A stretch of 64,000 nt of DNA from a virus: the IMG/VR virus record IMGVR_UViG_3300050030_000022, positions 1 through 64,000 of that record. One strand, 5' to 3'. Position 1 is the stretch's first letter; each line of letters starts with the position of its first letter. A program made the translations under genes and the position numbers. Below are positions 45,903-55,187 of this stretch, one piece after another. The notes beneath the pieces are model-generated. The model was not told the origin of the DNA and searched no databases. It saw nothing but the letters and a program-made list of their open reading frames with translations.

Positions 45903-47319
45903 CTCGCCATCGGAATTAGGCAAGATTCAACCGCAGGCCGTGGAGTTGGAAGAGGCGGTATTGGGCGCTATTATGCTCGAACCTGCGGCTTTGGCGTTGG
46001 CGTTGGTGTCCATCCAATCTGAGACCATCTTTTATAAAACTAACCATCAGGTTATCTTTAAAGCCATACTGGGGTTGTACGCCGAGAATAAGCCCGTGGA
46101 TATAATGACCGTCACGGAAAGGTTAAAGATTAACGGCGACCTGGAACTGGCCGGTGGTGGCTATGGTGTGACCCAACTTACCAATAGGGTAGCATCTTCG
46201 GCTAATATTGAATATCACATAGCCATCATTAAACAAAAATGGCTGCGCCGGGAGATGATCCGGCTGAGTAGTACATTGATAAAGCAATCCTTTGAGGATG
46301 ATGAGGATGTGTTTGACGCAATAGATTCCCACATGTTGGGATTAATGGGGCTGTATAACACAATTAATATTACCTCTGCCGAACAGGTGGGAACAATAGC
46401 CCAACGCAACGCCGTCATTATTAAAAACACAAACCAGTCTGACTTCATAGGTCTGGCGAGTGGGTATAGATTGATAGATGCAGTCACAAATGGATTTCAG
46501 AATGGCGATCTGATTATTGTAGCTGGTCGTCCGGGGATGGGTAAAACCGCTTTTGGAATATCTATGATTTATCATATGGCGGTCACTTCGGGTATTCCGG
46601 TAGGGTTTATAAGTCTGGAGATGACTAAATTCCAGGTGGTGTTGCGCCTGCAATCCATTATGATCAACCTACCCTACCAGGATTTAAGAAGCGGGGCGTT
46701 GAGTGAATCTCAGCAGGTTTTATTGGATGCGGATGTGCAGAAGCTATTAAAGACGAGGGCTTTCGTGGATGACACACCCTCGCTTACCATCATTCAGCTT
46801 CGGGCAAAGGCAATAGATATGGTCAGGTCTCATCAGGTTAAAATGATTATGGTGGACTACCTGCAACTTATGTCCGGGGTCAAGAAAGGACAGAACCGTG
46901 AGCAGGAAGTCAGTGAAATATCCCGTGGACTAAAGGCATTGGCTAAAGAGTTAGACATCCCCATTATTGCTTTCTCTCAATTATCCAGGAAGGTGGAGGA
47001 CAGGGGCAATGATAAAAAACCCATTTTGAGCGACCTACGTGAATCCGGTGCAATCGAACAGGATGCGGACATGGTTATCTTTTTATACCGGCCTGAGTAT
47101 TACGGGAAAACCCAGGACGAGCAGGGCAATACTTATGAGAACGTGGGTATTGCTTTGATAGAAAAGCACCGGAACGGATCAACGGGTGAATTTCGCCTTA
47201 CTTTTGACAAGAGAACCATGTTTTATAAGAACTATAATTGGGATGATGGGGTTGTAGTACAAAAACAAACCCCACCGTATAAACAATTTAAAGACGAGGA
47301 CGATGAAATGCCATTTTGA
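45892..47319 (+). CDS. dnaB: Replicative DNA helicase DnaB
   Basis: PQAVELEEAVLG, AGRPGMGKT, SLEM, VDYLQL, SQLSR, SDLRESGAIEQDAD, KHRNG. Confidence 0.95.
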   Translation: MKNNSPSELGKIQPQAVELEEAVLGAIMLEPAALALALVSIQSETIFYKTNHQVIFKAILGLYAENKPVDIMTVTERLKINGDLELAGGGYGVTQLTNRVASSANIEYHIAIIKQKWLRREMIRLSSTLIKQSFEDDEDVFDAIDSHMLGLMGLYNTINITSAEQVGTIAQRNAVIIKNTNQSDFIGLASGYRLIDAVTNGFQNGDLIIVAGRPGMGKTAFGISMIYHMAVTSGIPVGFISLEMTKFQVVLRLQSIMINLPYQDLRSGALSESQQVLLDADVQKLLKTRAFVDDTPSLTIIQLRAKAIDMVRSHQVKMIMVDYLQLMSGVKKGQNREQEVSEISRGLKALAKELDIPIIAFSQLSRKVEDRGNDKKPILSDLRESGAIEQDADMVIFLYRPEYYGKTQDEQGNTYENVGIALIEKHRNGSTGEFRLTFDKRTMFYKNYNWDDGVVVQKQTPPYKQFKDEDDEMPF

Positions 47320-47459
47320 TATAGTGCTATTTCTACATATTACCAACTTAATTATTTGTAGATTGGTTGTAAATAATAATTTAACAGTGCCGGAAAAGGA
47401 ATTGAGATTAAGGGAAATTGTGAGACGGGATGAAAAACTACTTAAACCGAGATGATAAA

Positions 47460-47855
47460 ATGAAAACCTCAAAAGCTGACAAATATTTCTCTCTCTATAT
47501 CCGTTTAAGGGATGTTGATGAAAACGGCCTTGCGAAGTGTTGTACCTGTGGAAAGATCGGGGATGTCAAATATATGGATTGCGGCCACTTTATTAAGCGT
47601 CAACACATGGCAACCCGGTTTGATGTGTATAATTGTGCAACTCAATGCAAAAAATGCAATGCTTTTGAGCAAGGACGGGATGCTGATTTTGAGAAATATA
47701 TTCTGAATCGCTGGGGAGAAATGAACTTAAATCATTTGAAAGTCCAAAAGCATATTACACGAAAATATGGCAAATTCGAGTTAGAAAACTTAGCAATCTA
47801 TTTCAAACAAAAGGCCGAACAACTGGCAAAAGAAAAGAATTTAAAGCTGTGGTGA
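47460..47855 (+). CDS. ninG: NinG/Rap-family recombination endonuclease
   Basis: FSLYIRLRD, CCTCG, DCGHF..R..TRF, NC..QC..CN. Confidence 0.85.
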   Translation: MKTSKADKYFSLYIRLRDVDENGLAKCCTCGKIGDVKYMDCGHFIKRQHMATRFDVYNCATQCKKCNAFEQGRDADFEKYILNRWGEMNLNHLKVQKHITRKYGKFELENLAIYFKQKAEQLAKEKNLKLW

Positions 47856-47856
47856 T

Positions 47857-48498
47857 ATGAAAGAGCATCCAATATTATTCAGTCCCCCAATGGTACAGGC
47901 AATCCTGGCCGGGCGGAAAACAATGACAAGGAGGATTATTAAACCGCAACCACCTGATGACATCTTTGAAACAGGATTATACTGTCCAACAATGGTAGAC
48001 CGGCACGGGGAAGAATATCCAGGATCAGAAAGATATGGCATTTCAAATGAGGCGTGGAGTATTAAATTTCCTTACGGTCAACCCGGTGATAAACTTTGGG
48101 TACGGGAAACATTTCAGATAGTTCCGCCAAATTTTATTTTTTACAAAGCAGACCCGGAGAATAAAGCTAAAACGGGATGGAAACCCTCAATCTTCATGCC
48201 CCGATCCGCTTCCCGGATTGACTTAGTTATTAAGTCGGTCAGGGTGGAAAGGCTAAATGATATATCTAATACTGATGCCCTTAATGAAGGAATTGAAAGA
48301 AAGATAAAGTTTCCAGATGAGGAACCCGATACTTTGTTTTATCGGGATTATTCTTTTAAAAGGGAAAGATTTGCAAGAGGGATTTTATTCGGGCCAAAAG
48401 AATCATTTAAAACTCTTTGGGAATCCATCAACGGCAAAGAATCCTGGCAATCGAATCCTTGGGCATGGTGCATAATTTTTGAAAGGATATACGGATGA
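47857..48498 (+). CDS. Conserved phage ASCH/PUA-like protein
   Basis: PILFS.PMVQAILAGRKTMTRR, PYGQPGDKLWVRET, WKPSIFMPR, W.SNPW.W. Confidence 0.7.
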   Translation: MKEHPILFSPPMVQAILAGRKTMTRRIIKPQPPDDIFETGLYCPTMVDRHGEEYPGSERYGISNEAWSIKFPYGQPGDKLWVRETFQIVPPNFIFYKADPENKAKTGWKPSIFMPRSASRIDLVIKSVRVERLNDISNTDALNEGIERKIKFPDEEPDTLFYRDYSFKRERFARGILFGPKESFKTLWESINGKESWQSNPWAWCIIFERIYG

Positions 48499-48746
48499 AA
48501 CCAAACACAAAGAACTATCTAATCTTCTGGCTTGCCGTGGTGATCACGTCTATTTTTATGGCGGTTGCCTGCCAGAAACCCGACCAACCGGAATATTGTT
48601 TCGAGTGCCACAGCCCTCAAATGACAAAACTCGTCCAGTGCGGGATAAGCGAAACCGATATGCAGACCGTAATCGACAAGCGCATTGAATTATTTGGAGA
48701 TACCATGAAGTGCGAAAAGAAATTTAATTTAAATATTGAGCCATGA
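48495..48746 (+). CDS. Small Cys-rich lipoprotein
   Basis: Hydrophobic leader ending MAVA|C; CFEC, GDTMKC. Confidence 0.55.
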   Translation: MKPNTKNYLIFWLAVVITSIFMAVACQKPDQPEYCFECHSPQMTKLVQCGISETDMQTVIDKRIELFGDTMKCEKKFNLNIEP

Positions 48747-49452
48747 AAGAACTAATCTTATGCGATGTGCCGGATGGGTACCATTTGATTGATGGGTGCA
48801 TTATTGCCGTCCCCACTGATTCAGATGAAACAGAAAAGTCCTGTGAGTTCACCGAAATCACCCTGCCGAGTGAGGACAAGATTGATGACAAAATACAAGA
48901 CATCGGCAAAGGATTAGGAATTGAGGGTATGGCAGGGGCAAGGTTAATGATTGAATGGTATTGTGAAAACTTAAATAAAATAAATCCATGAAAACTACAG
49001 AAATATATTTACTTATGTGTGTCAGCTTTATTGCCGGTATCTGCATTGCTTTAGCGGTGTCAGCATTGATATATAATATTTATGATGATATTCGAACGAA
49101 AAGAGAAATTCAGTATATGAACGAAGAAATCCGATTTTTAAAATGGCATAATTCCGTTAGTTTAAGGATTTCCAGAAAAAACGCCATGCAAAAATCAGGA
49201 TGCAGAAACTTTCCAGAAGAATAAACCGTAAAGTTGCATAATATGTACCTCTTAACAGATAAAAAGACACATCCCTACCTATTGGAAGATACCGATTTTA
49301 CTGAACCAGAGGTAAAGTGTGAAATTTGTGAGTTACCAGCAACTGAAAGAGTGGATTTAGACCCTGCAAATCCTGGGATATATCTGATTGATCTTTGCAA
49401 GGGTTGCGCTATGTTTGAGAAAGTAAGAATTAATAAAGAAATAAGATCATGA
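48743..49452 (+). other. Three small phage ORFs (48743-48991, 48988-49224 with TM, 49234-49452 Zn-ribbon-like)
   Basis: Closely packed same-strand ORFs; no recognisable family. Confidence 0.45.
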
Positions 49453-50012
49453 AAACCTACACAAAAGAAGAATTAACGGAAATCCTTAAACTACACGGAT
49501 TATGGATACATAATGAAGGCGGAAGCCGTGCGAACTTGTCCGGTGCGGACTTGTCCGGTGCGGACTTGTTCGGTGCGAACTTGTCCGGTGCGGACTTGTT
49601 CGGTGCGAACTTGTCCGGTGCGAACTTGTCCGGTGCGGACTTGTCCGGTGCGAACTTGTCCGGTGCGTACTTGTCCGGTGCGGACTTGTTCGGTGCGAAC
49701 TTGTCCCGTGCGTACTTGTCCGGTGCGAACTTGTCCGGTGCGTACTTAAATTTAACAAAAATATCCGATACGGAATATTTAGTCAAAACGTTTTTCATTA
49801 ATGGTACACGGCATTCAGTATGTTGGTGGGGATTAAATCAAATCCAAATCGGATGCCATAAAAAAGACATTCCTTGGTGGAAAGCAAATTACAAGATGAT
49901 CGGCAAACGGGAAGGTTACACACCGGAACAAGTCAAAGAATACTATCAATATATCCTGATGTGTGAGAAAATGCAGAAATCAGTTGACCCTATAAACAAG
50001 GTGAAATCATGA
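49449..50012 (+). CDS. Pentapeptide repeat protein
   Basis: A(N/D/Y)L(S/F)G x about 15; IQIGCH C-terminal domain. Confidence 0.9.
   Translation: MKTYTKEELTEILKLHGLWIHNEGGSRANLSGADLSGADLFGANLSGADLFGANLSGANLSGADLSGANLSGAYLSGADLFGANLSRAYLSGANLSGAYLNLTKISDTEYLVKTFFINGTRHSVCWWGLNQIQIGCHKKDIPWWKANYKMIGKREGYTPEQVKEYYQYILMCEKMQKSVDPINKVKS
49528..49748. repeat. 15-bp tandem repeat, 14 full copies plus a partial copy
   Basis: gtgcgDacttgtYcg unit, almost invariant. Confidence 0.95.
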
Positions 50013-51998
50013 TCTTACAAAAATTAGCACAAGCACGTTCCATTATTAAAGCGATGGATTTATACCGCTCCCAGCCCGCCACGGATGAAAACCATCCTGT
50101 TGCTGACATGAAAGTCATTAATGACTATGTAAATAAGTCCGTCCCGGATGCGGGGGTGTGCGAGTGGAAAAAGATAGAGTCCATGCTTATTACATTTCAT
50201 GCGGAATGTAGAGATAGGCAAACTACTGATGTCAATATCGAATACAAATTTTGCCCCTTTTGCGGCAAACTCATCAAACGTAACCAATAGAAAGGAATAA
50301 CATGAAAGACCTGATAAACAAATTCAAAACGTTGAAAAGTGCCATTCCGCAGTCACCAACGGAAATAGAGGTAAATAAGGCTATCGACCAGTGTATTGAC
50401 ATTGTGGAATCTTTGCCTATAATCCACGCTAAGGCACTCCGTAAACGGGGGACGGATGAATGGTATTACTATTCAACCTTTAATCAGGGGTGGTTTGCTA
50501 ATAAAAAAAGTCTATTCAGATCAATGGAAACTTATAGTGGTATAGCAAATTTACCTCCCGATGCCGAAGAAGTCGAACTGTTAATCATCGAAAAACCTAA
50601 AACTTAAATAAAATGCCTAAAGGATATTGCCCTGTTTGTGGAAGTAAAATATGTCCACTTAGAATGAAAGACTTTTTAACCAAGAAAAAAAAACCAGAAA
50701 AACCAAAGGAGGGGTAAATGCTAAATTCAAATAGAAAAGGGTACGCTGTTATGACAGAGGATTTGCAGGCATATTCACTCGAAGATGAAAGTTTAGGAGT
50801 TTGTAAAAAATATTGTTACGAAGGTTATGTCGTCTGTGAACGTATTCCCGTTAAGGTTGGTTTTTCTATTAGAATTTACTGGTGCAAATTCTGGAAACCT
50901 ATCTATTTCAAATATGCGCCTCATAACTTATTATGGCTGCATTTCCAAATAGAACCTATTTATCTTCATAAAACAGGAAAAATTATATTTAAACCAAAGG
51001 AGGGGATATGACAAGTAAAGAAAAAAAAGAAATCGCACTTGATTTGTCAAAAGTAATGGAAACCGTATTGAGTGAATATGCATACCCGGTGGATATTGCT
51101 AATGCTTCGATAGAATTTTACGTTAAACTATTCAACAAATTTCCTGATTTAAAACCTATTGTTGAGGAATGGCTCGGTAAATCATATCATAAAGAATGGT
51201 TACAATGGGAAGAATCAATTAAACCAAAGGACAAATGAAGACAGAAGAATTGAAACAGGAATTTAAAAACTATTGGTTCCGCCTTGCTGATGCACGCCTT
51301 GATGAATATGGATATGCAGATTTTATAAAAGATGATGACGCTGAGATAAAATTTGATGCTGATCTCAAATCCCTTATCACCGCCGCCATCGCCGAACACG
51401 AAGCGAAACTATTAATCGCTACCACGGCACTTGACCATATAGCACATACGATTGATTATTTGCGTAAAGAAGCAGAAAAGGAAGGTGGACGACTTAACAG
51501 AATGGTTGCCTTAGAACTATCCCAAAATGCAAATTATTTAAAGGAAATGGCCGAAAGGGCATTATGTGAACTTCCCAAACCCTACCAACCGAAAAAGGAG
51601 GAAGGGAAATGAGAACATTAACTGAAGAACGTGAATTAGGATATTATTGGGTCGAATGGGAAACTAAGGACAACTGGTTGATATTTTGGTTTAATGGTGG
51701 GAGTTGGCAATGTGTTGCTATGGGAAATATTGACCTAAACGATAATAATATTTTATCTGTCGATGAAAGTAAACCCAAGCACAGAAAACTCAGCGAAGGC
51801 ACTCTATGTAAAGCAGTCCAGAACCCCACATCAAAGCAATACTATGAGTATGTCGCTATCGGTATGGGGGAATCTTTCTGGTTTAAAGTTGATTTACCCG
51901 GTCTCCTGACTGACAAGGATTTGGAAGACTTAAAGGGCATTAAACTACCTGAAGGTGCGAAGGTTGTTGAATTAATAATCATGCCAAAAGAGAAATAA
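50009..51998 (+). other. Run of small coupled phage hypothetical ORFs (50009-50290, 50302-50607, 50718-51011, 51008-51238, 51235-51612, 51609-51998)
   Basis: ATGA overlaps, same strand; several share KPKxx ends. Confidence 0.55.
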
Positions 51999-52041
51999 AT
52001 TAATCAAATCTTACCAAAAAGTTGGCAAAAAGAGCATACGC

Positions 52042-52074
52042 TTGTTTAAACCTGTGCATTTTCACTTATATTTG
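52042..52074 (+). promoter_or_regulatory. Class-1 promoter for the tail operon
   Basis: TTGT-N8-GTGCA-N8-TATATTTG. Confidence 0.7.
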
Positions 52075-52091
52075 TTGCCAATTATTCTAAC

Positions 52092-55000
52092 ATGACTAAC
52101 GAGGGTCTTCTTCCGCAAAATCAAAAACTTACCATCATCCCAACGGGGATAAAACGCCATCAGCACGATCTGAATTGTGAAGATGCGGGATGTGAGGAAG
52201 TTGTGAACCTGCGTTTTAAGAACGGCAGTTGGCGCACGGTGGGTGAAAAAACCGCTGTATGGTCATGGGATCACGGGTGTGCTTTACTTTATTACCATGC
52301 TTACATCAATGAAAAGAATGGTACGGATTACTATGTGGGTGTGGCTTATGAGGGGTTGGGCTTACCTAATCTTTATTTAGTTAAGCCAACAGCCCAAACC
52401 AAAACCTCCATCAAGGGCATTTCCACCGATCCAAGTGAAACCGTATTATCCGTTACCAGTCTAAACTCGATCCTAATTGTCACCACTGCGGATAAAGAAC
52501 TGATATTTAATTGGGACAATGACACCTCGGCTTATGTGGAACTCTCAAAAGACATTTGCCCGGACATTTCATTTCAGTACCAGGTCAGCCCTGATGCTAC
52601 CGACTGGATTATTATTACCGGCGGAGATTATAAGGAGTTTGACACTCAAGCTGAATTGTTCGACCAAATCCTGATTGAAAAGTATAAGAAACGCCAAAAG
52701 GGTTTATTCTCTCACTGTTGGATCATGATTCAGTGGGCTTTTCGGTTATGGGACGGCTCTTACATACGACATTCCCAACCATTTTTACTCAAATTAAGCA
52801 ACGGAACTCCGGACTATTGGCAGACCTTAGTGGAGGCCGCAAAATACCATACGATACTTGAAACGGGGATTCCAAAGTTTTACATCAATATGCCCACGGC
52901 GGTACGTGCCAATTTAGAGCATTACAAGGGGCTTATTTCAGACCTGTGTGTATTTATGTCACAGGACGTGTCCCAATACCTGTGTGAGTACAACGGTTCA
53001 CCGTACACCACGGATGGAGTTGGACACCGTTACGCTTTCTCAGACAACACCGACTCCCTGCACCAACTTGTTAATCTTTATCCGTATTACCTTGCCAAAG
53101 AGGTAAAGTATTCCGAATTAATGGAATCGGATAACACCACTAAGTTTGAGATTAATCTGAATGAAGTTATTAATAAACTGAATTTCTCAGGGGATGGCGG
53201 TGAAAATATCGACACGGTAGAAAAAATACCCGTCAGGCACAATACTTATTCATTTAAGAGATTGGGCGGTGGTAATTGGCTGAATCTGCTATATGGTGGT
53301 TTTGGTGCTTTAACTAAAAATGGAAATTGGAATAAAGTATGGTACACCCAAGACGATGCTGAACAAACCGTTGAGGCTACCGATGAGGCCGGGTCGTTCA
53401 TTTTGCAATCACAACCCGAACTACCCGTTGACGACTTTTCCAATCACACCCTTATAGGTAACGCCACCCCGTATATTTACAATGCCAAATTACATAAGGG
53501 CAATATCAACGTCAGGTTTGGTAACGCACCCCAATTCTCCGAATGGAATGCCTTTACAGGTTATACTTTGATGCCTGCCGGAGATATGCCAGGTATATGG
53601 ACTTTTTACCGGGAGGTCAAGATAGTGACCGATTTGGGCGACCGCTATGTTAGGGAAGTCTTTACTCCCTATCTCCAGGTAAATATATCGAGCGATATGT
53701 TGCGCATACCCCCGATTGTGTCCTATCCTGACGCAAGGGCTACGCGAATAAGAATTATCATCAAGAAAACCGGGGATGCTAATTATTACGAAATGGCATC
53801 CTTTGAACTTAAATCCCACAAGATTTACAATTACGCTTACTGCATAACCAACGAAACCACGACTGGCGCAGACCCGGAATACCTGCTTTTTGATTTTACA
53901 AATATCGTTTTTACCAATAATTTCCCCGCCTCTTTCCCGAATGTCTGCGGGGTAAACGGTATAGACGCAATGGCAACCGATGATCGTTACTACTTGGATA
54001 AAAACCGGGTGCAGGTGTCAAGGATTAACAACGCTCTATATTACCCCTCGATGTATTCCTACCAGTTTGGAAACTCTGAAACCGTTATTTTGGCTTTCGG
54101 GAGCCAGTCTGCCCCCATATCCCCAGGACAGTTCGGGCAGTTCCCGCTAAGTGTTTTCACTTCTCAAGGTATATTTTTAATGCAGCAGGGCGGCGGGGAT
54201 GTTATCTACTCAGCTATTGTTCCCTTAAACAACGAAGTTGCGTTTAAAAACTCCATCTGTGAATTAGGCGGGGCAATAGTATACGCCAGCCGGGATGGAT
54301 TAAAGATACTTTCAGGCAACCGGCTGCAACACATCTCCCGTGAAGTGGAGGGCGTACCTTCGGATAAATTAATCAATGATAGTTACTATATTAACTTCAT
54401 AACCAACGCGGACGGTCATTTGGTCAATCTGTACCAATACCTGAGCGAAGAAGATTTTCTAACCTATCTGGATGAGAACGTCAGGGTGTGTTATGACAAA
54501 ATGAATAAAGAACTCATTATCTCTAACCGGGATTTATTTACCGATCAGGGGAGGAATAGTTCTTCGGGGTATTCTTACGTTTACAATTTACCTTACAAGA
54601 CCTGGCACAAGATCACCGACACCTGGCATCAGTTTATCTTAGTAAATAGCCGTTGGGTGGGGTTAAAGAATTACCGGGCGGGGTACACCACGGGATTGGG
54701 CGCACAATATATGGACGGCGAAACCTCTGTTTTACAAGACTGCATGATTCAATCCAGACCTATGAAGTGGGGCAGTTATGAGTTTAAAAAAATGCGCACG
54801 ATTGTTCAGCGATCCCTTTGTTGTGTTGGTGATATACTGGATTCCCCACAAGATGCCGATGATAAATTTGGGATGTATATGTTCGCCAGTTTGGAAAATA
54901 ACATCTGGAAATTTGTCAAAGGCATTAAAGTATCTCAGACTTTTGGCATGATACAGCACCCCACTTTGGGAAGTAATGAAGCCTCCGTGCGCCAGATCGT

Positions 55001-55187
55001 TTTACTGACGGCTGTAAAGAGCAAGGATATGGTGTTTTCCCATTGGGAAATCCTGCGGGGGCTTACCAACCCTGATAAGTTGGGAACCGAAGCTCGCCAT
55101 GATACCGAAAACCTTTTAGGGGAATACGATGCCCAGCAGTACGGCGAAAGTTATGATATTGGAATTTCAACAGAAAATCTACCATGA
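52092..55187 (+). CDS. Putative tail nozzle/hub (stabilisation) protein
   Basis: 1031 aa, beta-rich. N-terminal GI.R..DL..G.CEEVVNLR; ISPGQFGQFPL.VFT..GI; SYVYNL...WHK; QSRPMK. Confidence 0.65.
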   Translation: MTNEGLLPQNQKLTIIPTGIKRHQHDLNCEDAGCEEVVNLRFKNGSWRTVGEKTAVWSWDHGCALLYYHAYINEKNGTDYYVGVAYEGLGLPNLYLVKPTAQTKTSIKGISTDPSETVLSVTSLNSILIVTTADKELIFNWDNDTSAYVELSKDICPDISFQYQVSPDATDWIIITGGDYKEFDTQAELFDQILIEKYKKRQKGLFSHCWIMIQWAFRLWDGSYIRHSQPFLLKLSNGTPDYWQTLVEAAKYHTILETGIPKFYINMPTAVRANLEHYKGLISDLCVFMSQDVSQYLCEYNGSPYTTDGVGHRYAFSDNTDSLHQLVNLYPYYLAKEVKYSELMESDNTTKFEINLNEVINKLNFSGDGGENIDTVEKIPVRHNTYSFKRLGGGNWLNLLYGGFGALTKNGNWNKVWYTQDDAEQTVEATDEAGSFILQSQPELPVDDFSNHTLIGNATPYIYNAKLHKGNINVRFGNAPQFSEWNAFTGYTLMPAGDMPGIWTFYREVKIVTDLGDRYVREVFTPYLQVNISSDMLRIPPIVSYPDARATRIRIIIKKTGDANYYEMASFELKSHKIYNYAYCITNETTTGADPEYLLFDFTNIVFTNNFPASFPNVCGVNGIDAMATDDRYYLDKNRVQVSRINNALYYPSMYSYQFGNSETVILAFGSQSAPISPGQFGQFPLSVFTSQGIFLMQQGGGDVIYSAIVPLNNEVAFKNSICELGGAIVYASRDGLKILSGNRLQHISREVEGVPSDKLINDSYYINFITNADGHLVNLYQYLSEEDFLTYLDENVRVCYDKMNKELIISNRDLFTDQGRNSSSGYSYVYNLPYKTWHKITDTWHQFILVNSRWVGLKNYRAGYTTGLGAQYMDGETSVLQDCMIQSRPMKWGSYEFKKMRTIVQRSLCCVGDILDSPQDADDKFGMYMFASLENNIWKFVKGIKVSQTFGMIQHPTLGSNEASVRQIVLLTAVKSKDMVFSHWEILRGLTNPDKLGTEARHDTENLLGEYDAQQYGESYDIGISTENLP

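Noticed and set aside
47290-47319. SSB-like DEDDEMPF tail on DnaB
   Set aside because: Acidic PF tails are, to my knowledge, common on Bacteroidota and phage DnaB proteins.
49528-49748. CRISPR array
   Set aside because: Contiguous 15-bp coding repeat without spacers; no cas genes.
49457-49798. Alternative-frame repeat ORFs (RTCPV, APDKF, HRTSS)
   Set aside because: Shadows of the stop-free pentapeptide DNA repeat.
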